Assembly: GCA_965541585.1 (NCBI GenBank)
Contig: CBEUCH010000007.1
Location: forward strand, 48,962-112,961
Direction: 5' to 3'
Origin: an uncultured bacterium
Lineage (GTDB): Bacteria; Zixibacteria; MSB-5A5; UBA10806
DNA length: 64,000 nucleotides
The position numbers and the translations under genes are program-made. Position 1 is the stretch's first letter. The number at the start of each line of letters is the position of its first letter. Below the pieces are notes generated by a model. The model searched no databases. It had not been told where the DNA came from and saw nothing but the letters and a program-made list of their open reading frames with translations. Positions 21,070-30,191 of the stretch are shown here, piece by piece.

Positions 21070-21118
21070 AGTTGCGAGTAGTATGGTTGGTTCCCGATGC
21101 CTTTAGCATTCTATAAAT

Positions 21119-22012
21119 TCAATTGTATTTTCCGATTTTAATTACTGGGTGTGGCGTCTCAGGGATTATAAGACTATCGCTAAAGAACATGATTTCTTTG
21201 CCTGAGTAGCGCGCCTGTGCACTATAACTTAAGCGATAACAGAGTTCGCGCCTGTCCTTGTATAAAGAAGTTACTTCCGGAACGGCATCATACGAAACGA
21301 TCCATGGCTGGCAAATCTGTTGTTGAATCGTTAGCGCCAAATTTCCATGATCACTATGCGTGAAATGGTTCTGATATAATTCTTTACCTTTAGCATAATA
21401 TGGTGGGTCCATATAAATTAGAGTTTTCAGCGGTAGCTTGGGTAAAACCTTCCTTATGAAATCCCTACCGTCCATACAATATACGGAAATGCGGCTTTTG
21501 AATCGTGCAATGCGTTGAATTCTTTTTATTAAGTCCCTTTTATTAAATCTTGCATCAAGTTTCCACTTCCCAGCCTGGCCTTTGCCGCCAATCACACCTC
21601 CAGATATTATGCCTGATCTATTTGTACGATTAAGAAAAAATGTACTGAACCCAAGTTCAAGGGCAGTGTGCCCATTTGGATTGTTTTGAATAGCTTTTTG
21701 TCTATGCCACTGTGCAATAGTGACTTTAGTATCTTGGATAAGGCGGCATAGATGGTCAGTATTCTCTAATAAGGAAACCCAGAAGCTATATATGGATCTA
21801 TCAAGGTCGTTGATATGAATTTGCCGAACATATTCTCCAAAAAGCATTGACCATGCTATACTAGCTCCGCCTGCAAAGGCCTCAACATAATGACCATCGT
21901 GCAAATCGTTTTCAGAAATGACAGTTTTTATAAACTTTACTAAGGCGCCCTTTCCTCCGGGGTAGCGCAAAGGACTCGTAAATGGATGGTTTTGAGCTTT
22001 TGGTATGTCCAT
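21119..22012 (-). CDS. Dam-family (D12 class) N6-adenine DNA methyltransferase
   Basis: LRYPGGK N-terminal motif, AdoMet motif EAFAGGAS and catalytic DPPY (YMDPPYY); AT-rich relative to flanks. Confidence 0.85.
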   Translation of the reverse strand: MDIPKAQNHPFTSPLRYPGGKGALVKFIKTVISENDLHDGHYVEAFAGGASIAWSMLFGEYVRQIHINDLDRSIYSFWVSLLENTDHLCRLIQDTKVTIAQWHRQKAIQNNPNGHTALELGFSTFFLNRTNRSGIISGGVIGGKGQAGKWKLDARFNKRDLIKRIQRIARFKSRISVYCMDGRDFIRKVLPKLPLKTLIYMDPPYYAKGKELYQNHFTHSDHGNLALTIQQQICQPWIVSYDAVPEVTSLYKDRRELCYRLSYSAQARYSGKEIMFFSDSLIIPETPHPVIKIGKYN

Positions 22013-22016
22013 CCGA

Positions 22017-23381
22017 TTAGGCCCATACCTTCTGGAAAAAGGGCTGGATGTTATCCCATATCCTTATTAGGTCGCTAGCGATCGGATTATAGTGCTGATT
22101 ATGGACATATTCCTGCCAATTGCTAATCGAAAAAATAGTATCTCTAGAGCTAACTAGAGTGCGAATGCCGTGGAGTTCTCTTTTGGAAGAAGCATCTTTA
22201 TCTACTAAATAATCAACAATACGTGCTACCTTCTTTTTAAGTGGCAAATCTCTTTGGGTTTTCTTGCCGTCCTTGTCCGTTCGTACCTCTCTTAGGCTTA
22301 TCCTTTTTATTCTTGCGAATTCATTTACACTCATTTCCATAAATACGCGAAGAAGCACGGCAGATGAGTTTTCGAAGTCGTTTACCTTGAGCCGCTTAAG
22401 CTCGTCAAAGATTCTAGTCATTCTTGGCTGGGCAATATTCAGTCTCAATGATTTTGGAATAAGCGTTTTACGGCTTGCACCATTTCCCTTTTTCTTTTTT
22501 GTCCGCTCCTTTGCAGGCGTCACTTGCCCGGTTAGGTCTGTTGGGGCGATCTTCTTTCCTGGGGTCGGTAAATCTCTCGCCGCTACGGCAGTTGCATAAC
22601 CTACACGTTGATCCTTAGTGTCGAGTTGAGTGACTTTAATATGCTTGTTTGCTATATCGTTAACTACAATTGCCATTCGACCTACTGCATCGGTTTTTTC
22701 ATCCGGATTGAGGAAAATAAGTTGCTTATTAATTATGTCCATTCCAATTATATGCCTCGCATCCGGAGTATTAATTAATCTTTGCAGGTTTGTAATAGGA
22801 ATTCTGGCCAGTTTGTCGCGAGTTTCATCATCTAAAAAATCACTATCTTTCACAATTTCAAGTAGCTGAGACTCCGGGGATTCTCCCCGGAATCGCGATG
22901 CGGCTATACCGTTCCAACTAATTATTCCAACACCGGCATTCTCTCCTGTATGGCGAAGCTCAATCCACATTCTCGCCTTTTTACGGCTGGGTGCTACTGT
23001 ACAATGAAGATTTACCGGGAGACTTGAACCATACTCTTGGTTTAGCGATTTTAGACGTCTTGCAATACTCGTCGGCAGCTTTAGGGAATCTACCAGTTTT
23101 GGCTCGGAGCATAATTTGATGGCAGCGACCCGCCTATTACCCTCTAATACAGTATAATATCCCTTATCACTCGAATTTATAACGATCGGCATTTCTGATG
23201 GATTAGTGTCGTTTTGAGCTATGTGCTCCGCTAATTTAACGAGCTTTTGTCCTTGTTCGATGGCTATTGTCCTAAGTGCTTCGCGTTGGTTATGTTGGGT
23301 TTCGAATCTAGGATTTTTGATGTCAAGTAACAGGTTTACCAAGTCGATATCTTCATACTCATACTTCTCTTTAGACATCAA
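22017..23381 (-). CDS. ParB/Srx N-terminal (ParB-like nuclease) domain protein with unassigned C-terminal half
   Basis: VNLLLDIKNPRF...MPIVINSSDKGYYTVLEGNRRVAAIKL matches the ParB/sulfiredoxin-fold box (L.D..NPR ... G.Y.V.EGNRR.AA.KL); Lys-rich linker KERTKKKKGNGASRK; 4-nt gap to the methyltransferase on the same strand. Confidence 0.6.
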   Translation of the reverse strand: MMSKEKYEYEDIDLVNLLLDIKNPRFETQHNQREALRTIAIEQGQKLVKLAEHIAQNDTNPSEMPIVINSSDKGYYTVLEGNRRVAAIKLCSEPKLVDSLKLPTSIARRLKSLNQEYGSSLPVNLHCTVAPSRKKARMWIELRHTGENAGVGIISWNGIAASRFRGESPESQLLEIVKDSDFLDDETRDKLARIPITNLQRLINTPDARHIIGMDIINKQLIFLNPDEKTDAVGRMAIVVNDIANKHIKVTQLDTKDQRVGYATAVAARDLPTPGKKIAPTDLTGQVTPAKERTKKKKGNGASRKTLIPKSLRLNIAQPRMTRIFDELKRLKVNDFENSSAVLLRVFMEMSVNEFARIKRISLREVRTDKDGKKTQRDLPLKKKVARIVDYLVDKDASSKRELHGIRTLVSSRDTIFSISNWQEYVHNQHYNPIASDLIRIWDNIQPFFQKVWA

Positions 23382-23555
23382 TGAACTCCCTTCATTAATA
23401 TTTCAAAAATCCAAGTTAGATTTCTATTCGGTTTTAAACTCACGTATATAAAATATATTAATCCGTGATGTTTTTGGCAAGATAATATTATGAGAATTTC
23501 AGAGCAATCGCTTTCCCTTAAGGTATTGCTACTTATATATTAGAGTAACTAGCAT

Positions 23556-24467
23556 TTATACCTTGTCCGCTCCCTTTCCCCCCTTCACCCCAATCGTCAA
23601 ATCCTCATCCTGCCTTATATATACCGTTTGATGCGGGAAGGGGATCTCTATCCCCAGCCTGTCGAATTCGTTTTTCACGCGGCGGCGGAATTCTCTGGCC
23701 ACCTCCCATTGCTTGAGCGGCGCCGTCTTGATGATCATTTTTATTATAACCGCTGAGTCATCCAGTGAATTGACGCCCAGGATGGTCGGCTTCTCCAGGA
23801 TGACATTTTTGTATTTCTCATCCTCATGCATTTTCCGGCCGAGATCCTCCAGTACCTTCATCACCTTATCAACATCCTCTTTGTATGCGACACCGATATC
23901 GAGATTGGCGCGCGACCAGCCGTAGGTCATATTGCTGAGTATCTCGATCACACCGTTGGGAATAGTATGAACTATGCCGTCCAGATCCCGGAGAACTACG
24001 GTTCGCAACGTAATCTTCTCCACCAGTCCGGCGGTGCTGCCGATCCTGACCACGTCCCCGACCCTGATCTGGTTTTCCATTATCAGAAGAAATCCGCTTA
24101 CCAGGTCCTTGACCAGCGCCTGGGAGCCGAAACCGATGGCCAATCCCAGGATACCGGCGCCGGCCAGTATCGGCCCTATATCGATCCCGAGTTCCTTTAT
24201 GATAGTCATGCCACCTATGACTATTATAAGCATCCTGGCAGCGAAGGTGATAATCTGTACCAGCGTCGCAACCCGGCGCTCTCTTTCGTTTTCGGATGTG
24301 GGGTCGTCGTCTGCTGTCACGCGTATTATTCGCTCACCTATCTTCTTGGATAACTTTGTGGCGATCCACATTCCGATTAATATGAGTACTATCTTTAAAC
24401 CGTGAGTCAGCAGCCATCCCACGACAACATCGATTATTCTCGATGCGTTCTCAGGCAGGATATCCAT
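23556..24467 (-). CDS. mscS: small-conductance mechanosensitive channel (MscS family)
   Basis: Three N-terminal TM helices, then a conserved MscS beta-domain (GDVVRIGSTAGLVEKITLRTVVLRDLDG). Confidence 0.85.
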   Translation of the reverse strand: MDILPENASRIIDVVVGWLLTHGLKIVLILIGMWIATKLSKKIGERIIRVTADDDPTSENERERRVATLVQIITFAARMLIIVIGGMTIIKELGIDIGPILAGAGILGLAIGFGSQALVKDLVSGFLLIMENQIRVGDVVRIGSTAGLVEKITLRTVVLRDLDGIVHTIPNGVIEILSNMTYGWSRANLDIGVAYKEDVDKVMKVLEDLGRKMHEDEKYKNVILEKPTILGVNSLDDSAVIIKMIIKTAPLKQWEVAREFRRRVKNEFDRLGIEIPFPHQTVYIRQDEDLTIGVKGGKGADKV

Positions 24468-24686
24468 GTCTTTATACCTCCAGGATCATTGGCACATTAT
24501 CCATATCTCTCTAAGACGTTTTTTGAATAAGGAATCATCAGTCGAATATCAAGAGATTTATCGAGGCATATCCCGGATCGGCGATGACAATTGCCCCACA
24601 TGATGATCCGGGGGACGTTTTAGAGTCTCCTGGAGTATTTGAAAGTCAGGTTTGATTTTCTCTGGCGTTAACGTTATATTGGCGTT

Positions 24687-26222
24687 GTGTTAGCCACCAT
24701 AACCTCATCGGCTGTTTTCGGGATAGACTCCTACCTGGTTCAGGTCGAGGTCGATGTGTCGTCTCAATTACCGGCATTTACCACGGTCGGCCTGCCGGAG
24801 GCGGCAGTCAAGGAATCCAAAGAGAGAGTCACGGCGGCGGTTAAGAATTCCGGTTTTATGTTTCCCAGCCGCAGAGTGACGGTCAATCTGGCGCCGGCGG
24901 ATGTCCGAAAAACCGGGACGGCATTCGATCTGCCTATGGCGGTGGGGATTCTGGCTGCCACCGGCCAGATCGCCAGGAAAGAGTTCGATGATATAGTCAT
25001 TCTCGGTGAACTTTCTCTTGACGGTTCCGTTCGGCCGGTTCCCGGAGTGCTGTCCATGGCGGTTGGCGTGGGCAAGGGTGAGATCCGATCCATGCTGGTG
25101 CCTGTTGAGAACGCCTCGGAGGCTGCCATCGCCGATAAGGCCGAAATAATCCCGATTAAGAATCTCAGCGAGGCAGTCGACTTTCTGGAGAAAGGCGATA
25201 CGATAATCCCCCATAAGGTCGACGCCCCGGAGTTTTTCAAGTCGCATCGCAGATTCGAAATAGATTTTGCCGACGTCAAGGGGCAGGAGCATACCAAGCG
25301 CGCCCTGGAGGTAGCCGCCGCCGGAGGGCACAATATAGTGATGATAGGACCGCCGGGGTCGGGCAAGACCATGCTCGCCAAACGTATTCCCACCATCCTC
25401 CCGGATCTGACATTGGCCGAGGCTCTGGAAACCACCAAGATCTATTCGGTTGGGGGGCATCTTATGCCGAACCAGGCCTTGGTGGGGACCCGGCCGTTTC
25501 GCGCACCGCACCACACAATCTCGGAGGTCGGCCTGACCGGGGGGACGGGACTTCTCCTGCCGGGGGAGGTCAGCCTTTCACATAATGGAGTCTTATTCTT
25601 AGACGAGCTTCCGGAGTTCAATAAATCTGCGCTGGAAACCCTGAGACAGCCACTCGAAAACGGCTGGGTGACGATAACGAGGGCATCGGGCTCGGTAACC
25701 TATCCGGCCTATTTTATGCTGGCGGCGGCTCTGAACCCCTGCCCCTGCGGCTATTTCGGCGATCCGCATCATTCCTGCAATTGCTCGCCGGGACACATCC
25801 AGCGCTATGTCTCCAAAATCTCCGGGCCGCTTTTAGACAGGATCGATATTCATATCGAGGTGCCCGCGGTCAAATTCACAGAGCTTTCAAGCGATTCTAC
25901 CGGTGAACCATCGGAGGAGATCAGAAAGCGGGTAAACCGAGCCCGGCGGTTGCAGCTTGAGAGATTTCAAAAGCTCGAGGGTATGTACTGCAATGCTAAG
26001 ATGGAGACCAAATTGATCCGCAAAATATGCAAAATCGATAATAATTCTCTGGCCTTGCTCAAAACTGCCATCACGAGACTGGGCCTCTCGGCGCGAGCTT
26101 ACGACCGTATTTTAAAGGTGTCCCGGACGATTGCCGATCTGGAGGGCGCCGATGATATATCCTCGGCCCATATCTCCGAGGCGATTGGGTATCGGAACCT
26201 GGACAGGAATTACTGGCAGTAA
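24687..26222 (+). CDS. comM: YifB/ComM family Mg-chelatase-like AAA+ ATPase
   Basis: GTG start; N-terminus VLATITSSAVFGIDSYLVQVEVD (Lon-like), Walker A GPPGSGKT, ChlI-type C-terminus. Confidence 0.9.
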   Translation: MLATITSSAVFGIDSYLVQVEVDVSSQLPAFTTVGLPEAAVKESKERVTAAVKNSGFMFPSRRVTVNLAPADVRKTGTAFDLPMAVGILAATGQIARKEFDDIVILGELSLDGSVRPVPGVLSMAVGVGKGEIRSMLVPVENASEAAIADKAEIIPIKNLSEAVDFLEKGDTIIPHKVDAPEFFKSHRRFEIDFADVKGQEHTKRALEVAAAGGHNIVMIGPPGSGKTMLAKRIPTILPDLTLAEALETTKIYSVGGHLMPNQALVGTRPFRAPHHTISEVGLTGGTGLLLPGEVSLSHNGVLFLDELPEFNKSALETLRQPLENGWVTITRASGSVTYPAYFMLAAALNPCPCGYFGDPHHSCNCSPGHIQRYVSKISGPLLDRIDIHIEVPAVKFTELSSDSTGEPSEEIRKRVNRARRLQLERFQKLEGMYCNAKMETKLIRKICKIDNNSLALLKTAITRLGLSARAYDRILKVSRTIADLEGADDISSAHISEAIGYRNLDRNYWQ

Positions 26223-26284
26223 GGAGATTCAATTGGCCGAATTGCGCTTGACTTTCGCTCAGAATCCCGCCTTTTTTTAAAATT

Positions 26285-26971
26285 ATGGATTTTTCGCCCA
26301 CTCAGGTCACCTCAATCGCTCTTGTAGTGATAGCCGGAACGGCGATCAGTATTCTCTCGTGCGTCGATAAGGCCACCGATGGTCACGGCGTATTCGACGT
26401 CTACGGCCGGGTGGTATATCGTCCGCCATTGTACGCCTCATCGGCGGAATTCCATATTTATAGCAACGGTGAAGCTGTAACCGGCGCAATTATAACGGTT
26501 GAGGAAGATGTTATCCCGGTGGTGGATACGGCATTCGGGTATTACAGTCTTCCGCTGGAGATACAAATCGGTGATACTCTGGAATATTCGGTCAGCTCGG
26601 AATTTGGCTCGCTCTTCGGCAGCGTCATAATCCCCGACACGGCGCAGATTATCCAACCCCTCGAGGGCGATACTCTAATATTCGGTCTGGCTTTCACTGC
26701 AAGCTGGCAAAGGGTCTCCGAGGCCGATGGTTACTATTCTTATCTTGAGAACCAGGCGGGATTCGTGGCGGCGGTCACCGAGATCTATTTTGATACCACC
26801 GCTATCCTGCCCGGAGAGTATTTTTTCGAATCCGGTTTCGACAATTTCTGGCTCGAGACCCTGACCGGGAATATCGTTAGAGGGTCCACGCCGGATGGCA
26901 GGATCCTCCCGCGCGGCGTTGTGGGTTCTGCCGGCAGTTATAGAGAGGTATATATAGATTTTGCAGACTAA
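26285..26971 (+). CDS. hypothetical lipoprotein
   Basis: Signal peptide ending ILSC (lipobox-like); no recognisable domain. Confidence 0.4.
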   Translation: MDFSPTQVTSIALVVIAGTAISILSCVDKATDGHGVFDVYGRVVYRPPLYASSAEFHIYSNGEAVTGAIITVEEDVIPVVDTAFGYYSLPLEIQIGDTLEYSVSSEFGSLFGSVIIPDTAQIIQPLEGDTLIFGLAFTASWQRVSEADGYYSYLENQAGFVAAVTEIYFDTTAILPGEYFFESGFDNFWLETLTGNIVRGSTPDGRILPRGVVGSAGSYREVYIDFAD

Positions 26972-27017
26972 AGATCAGCTTGTTTCCAATGGAAATAAGA
27001 AAAAAAGCGAGTAGCAA

Positions 27018-28421
27018 ATGACCGATATGCAAAAAACGATCAGAAAGCCAGCCTCGTTTTCCGGGATTGGCCTTCACACCGGCGTTGAGACAACGATAAC
27101 CTTCAGGCCGGCGCCTATCAATCACGGAATAACGTTTATACGGACCGACCTGGAGGACTGCCCGGAGATTCCCGCCGACGTCGATCATGTAGTCGACCTT
27201 AAGCGTGGCACGACTCTCGGTTTTAACGGCATCAAGGTTCACACGGTGGAGCATGTGCTGGCGGCGATTGCGGGATTGCAGGTAGACAACCTGAAGGTGG
27301 AGTTGTCGAATTCGGAGCCGCCGGTGGGGGATGGTTCCGCCTGGCATTTTGTGGAAGCGATAACAGAGGCAGGGATAGTCGAACAGGACGCTCCCAGGGA
27401 ATATCTCCAGATTGATGAGCATATAACGTATACCGAAAGAGAACGCGGTGTTGATCTGGTAGTCGTGCCATCGGATAGATTGCGCATAACATTTATGGTT
27501 GATTATAAAAATCCCGCCCTGGGAACTCAATACACCACGCTGGTCGATTTAGATAAGGAATTCATCGAGGATTTTTCCAAAGCTCGAACCTTCTGCTTCC
27601 TGACCGAAGTGGAACAGTTGCTTGAGGCGGACCTGATCAAGGGCGGCAGCCTGGACAATGCCATAGTCATTATAGATGAAAACCTTACGGATAAGAGAGC
27701 AAAGAACCTCGGTGAGAAGTTTAAAGAAAAGCGAAAAATATTCGCCGGGAAAAGCGGGATATTAAATGATACTCCCTTGAGATACTACAATGAACCTGTC
27801 AGGCACAAGGCGCTCGATCTTCTGGGAGATCTGTTCCTTATAGGAGTCCCGTTGAAAGCTCATATCCTGGCAGCGCGCTCGGGACACGCCGCCAATGTTG
27901 CACTGGCCCGTAAGATTCGAACCATCTACCAGAAGCAGCTTCTGTCGGCCAAATATCAAAAGGGGAAAACGGAGGGCAAATTTCTGCTCGATATCAATGC
28001 CATTTTAAAGATTATGCCGCACCGTTATCCATTTCTGATGATTGATAGAGTTCTGGATATGGAGGGTTCGTCCAGGATCGTGGCCATTAAAAATGTAACC
28101 GTAAACGAACCGTATTTCTCCGGCCATTTTCCGGGAAAGCCGGTCATGCCGGGGGTGATGATCGTGGAGGCCATGGCGCAGACCGGAGGGCTTCTGCTTC
28201 TGAATGCCATTGACGATCCGGACAATAAGCTGGCGTATTTCATGGGCATCGATGGCGTGAAATTCAGAAAACCGGTAACACCCGGCGATCAGCTCAGGAT
28301 GGAGATCGAGATGTTGAGTTTCAAGCGGTCGACCATCAAGATTGCCGGCAAGGCATTCGTCGATGGGAAAGTTGTCGCCGAAGGCACATTTCTGGCGGTA
28401 GTAGTTGATAAAGATGGGTGA
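27018..28421 (+). CDS. lpxC/fabZ: bifunctional UDP-3-O-acyl-GlcNAc deacetylase / 3-hydroxyacyl-ACP dehydratase (LpxC-FabZ fusion)
   Basis: N-terminal LpxC (KTIRKPASFSGIGLHTGV...HTVEHVLAA); C-terminal FabZ hot-dog (PHRYPFLMIDRV...EPYFSGHFPGKPVMPGV). Confidence 0.93.
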   Translation: MTDMQKTIRKPASFSGIGLHTGVETTITFRPAPINHGITFIRTDLEDCPEIPADVDHVVDLKRGTTLGFNGIKVHTVEHVLAAIAGLQVDNLKVELSNSEPPVGDGSAWHFVEAITEAGIVEQDAPREYLQIDEHITYTERERGVDLVVVPSDRLRITFMVDYKNPALGTQYTTLVDLDKEFIEDFSKARTFCFLTEVEQLLEADLIKGGSLDNAIVIIDENLTDKRAKNLGEKFKEKRKIFAGKSGILNDTPLRYYNEPVRHKALDLLGDLFLIGVPLKAHILAARSGHAANVALARKIRTIYQKQLLSAKYQKGKTEGKFLLDINAILKIMPHRYPFLMIDRVLDMEGSSRIVAIKNVTVNEPYFSGHFPGKPVMPGVMIVEAMAQTGGLLLLNAIDDPDNKLAYFMGIDGVKFRKPVTPGDQLRMEIEMLSFKRSTIKIAGKAFVDGKVVAEGTFLAVVVDKDG

Positions 28422-29202
28422 GGAGATATCCGTGAAGCGGCATCCCACGGCGATAATCTCGTCAAAAGCTGAAATAGGCAAGGATGTTGCAATTGGGCCA
28501 TACTCCACAATCGAGGACGATGTCGTTATTGGCGATGGCTGTTTTATCGATTCGGGCGTTTCAGTGAAATCCGGCGCCAGAATCGGCAATAACGTAAAAG
28601 CATATCATGGCGCGGCAATCGCCGGCCCACCACAAGACCTGAAATTCGCAGGAGAGAAATCGGAGTTGATCGTTGGCGATAACACCATTATCAGAGAATT
28701 TGTCACGCTCAATAGGGGCACCAGGGCCTACGGGAAAACAGAGATCGGGAAGAACTGCCTGTTTATGGCTTACTCGCATGCCGCCCATGACTGCATTATA
28801 GGTGATAATGTAATTCTGGCCAATTCCGTTCAGATGGGGGGGCATGTGGAAATCGGCGACTGGGTCATAATCGGCGGAGGCACTGTGATACACCAGTTTT
28901 CGTTGATCGGGGAGCACGCCATGATCGGGGGAGGGTTCAGGATTACCCAGGATATTCTGCCTTACTGCATAGTTGCGGGCTATCCATTGCGGTGCCTGGG
29001 GGTCAACTCCACAGGTTTGAAGCGGCGGGATTTTTCGGAGGAGAAAATCGCGACGTTGAAAAAGCTTTTCCGGTATCTGATGTCTAAGAAAATGAATACC
29101 AGGCAGACCCTCGAGAAAATCGAACAAGAAATAGAAAAGACCCCCGAGGTAGTGAATGTTCTTGAATTTATGAGTAAGAGCGAACGCGGGGTGATAAAAT
29201 AG
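28405..29202 (+). CDS. lpxA: acyl-ACP--UDP-N-acetylglucosamine O-acyltransferase
   Basis: Left-handed beta-helix hexapeptide repeats (IGDGCFIDSGVSVKSGARIGNNV); LpxA-type C-terminal helical domain. Confidence 0.9.
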   Translation: MIKMGEEISVKRHPTAIISSKAEIGKDVAIGPYSTIEDDVVIGDGCFIDSGVSVKSGARIGNNVKAYHGAAIAGPPQDLKFAGEKSELIVGDNTIIREFVTLNRGTRAYGKTEIGKNCLFMAYSHAAHDCIIGDNVILANSVQMGGHVEIGDWVIIGGGTVIHQFSLIGEHAMIGGGFRITQDILPYCIVAGYPLRCLGVNSTGLKRRDFSEEKIATLKKLFRYLMSKKMNTRQTLEKIEQEIEKTPEVVNVLEFMSKSERGVIK

Positions 29203-29240
29203 ATTCCGGAATCCGGGTCGGTCTTGTTGGATGCGGTCAT

Positions 29241-30191
29241 ATGGGTCGCTTTCATGCCACCAGGTTGGTCGAGCAAAGCTCGATTGAATTCGTGGGCTGC
29301 CACGATATAGACGCCTCCAGGTCTGCTTCTTTTGCTAAAGAATATAGGATTAAGTGCTTCGACAGTATAGAATCGATTGTCGGTGAGATAGACGCTGTCA
29401 GCATAGCAGTGCCCACTATCAGCCACTATGAAGTGGCATCGAAGTTTCTCGAGGCTGGTGTGGCCGTTCTCCTCGAGAAACCGATTGCCCACGATCTCGA
29501 ATCCGCAGAAAGACTGGCATCGCTTTCAGAGGAGAAGGATGTCGTTCTGCAAATCGGCCATTCAGAACGATTCAATCCGGCGTTTATGGCCGTGGAGAGC
29601 GGGATTTCCGACCCGAAATTCATCGAGACTCATCGCTTAGCGCCGTTTAAGGGTCGAGGGGATGATGTTGCAGTTATTCTCGACCTCATGATTCATGATC
29701 TTGACCTGATTCTTGCCATGACCGGGACAATGCCCTATAAAATAGATGCCGCCGGGGTTGCGGTGCTGACCGACACGGTGGATATCGCCAACGCGCGTCT
29801 CTCGTTTCAGGGTGGCTGTGTGGCGAACATAACAGCCAGCCGGATCTCCATCAAAGAGATGAGAAAACTCCGGGTTTTTCAAAAATCAGGATATACGTCA
29901 ATAGACATGGCGGCTCGTGAGGCCGAGCAGTATCGGGTGGTCAATAGCGATGATGAGGCATATAAGAAGGCCTCGATTTTAGCCAGATTCAATCTCCCTG
30001 ATGGCCGAGCAGTAGTGCGCAATTCAGTAGAGATACCGCCGGGGGATAATCTGAAATATGAGATATCATCGTTTGTCGAAGCCGTCAAAGGCGAGCATCA
30101 GCCCGTGGTTTCCGGTCGAGACGGCCTCAATGTCCTGCGAGTAGCCACTCAAATCGAGAGTCTCTGCCGGGATTACCTCAGAAGCCTTTGA
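29241..30191 (+). CDS. Gfo/Idh/MocA family oxidoreductase embedded in the lipid A cluster (true start likely upstream at a non-canonical codon)
   Basis: NAD-binding Rossmann N-terminus; the conserved IRVGLVGCGHMG glycine loop lies upstream of the first ATG in the same open frame (open from 29178). Confidence 0.75.
   Translation: MGRFHATRLVEQSSIEFVGCHDIDASRSASFAKEYRIKCFDSIESIVGEIDAVSIAVPTISHYEVASKFLEAGVAVLLEKPIAHDLESAERLASLSEEKDVVLQIGHSERFNPAFMAVESGISDPKFIETHRLAPFKGRGDDVAVILDLMIHDLDLILAMTGTMPYKIDAAGVAVLTDTVDIANARLSFQGGCVANITASRISIKEMRKLRVFQKSGYTSIDMAAREAEQYRVVNSDDEAYKKASILARFNLPDGRAVVRNSVEIPPGDNLKYEISSFVEAVKGEHQPVVSGRDGLNVLRVATQIESLCRDYLRSL

Noticed and set aside
21100-23555. Reading the Dam MTase as a solitary orphan Dam, like E. 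coli dam
   Set aside because: It is on an AT-rich island and operonic with a ParB-like nuclease-domain gene. I therefore kept it as a candidate module, though the orphan-MTase interpretation cannot be excluded without tests.
24764-25514. Two long antisense ORFs (224 and 248 aa) on the minus strand inside comM/yifB
   Set aside because: They lie fully within a well-supported + strand gene. Their Ala/Arg/Gly/Pro-rich composition is typical of high-GC antisense frames, and neither has a motif or start context.
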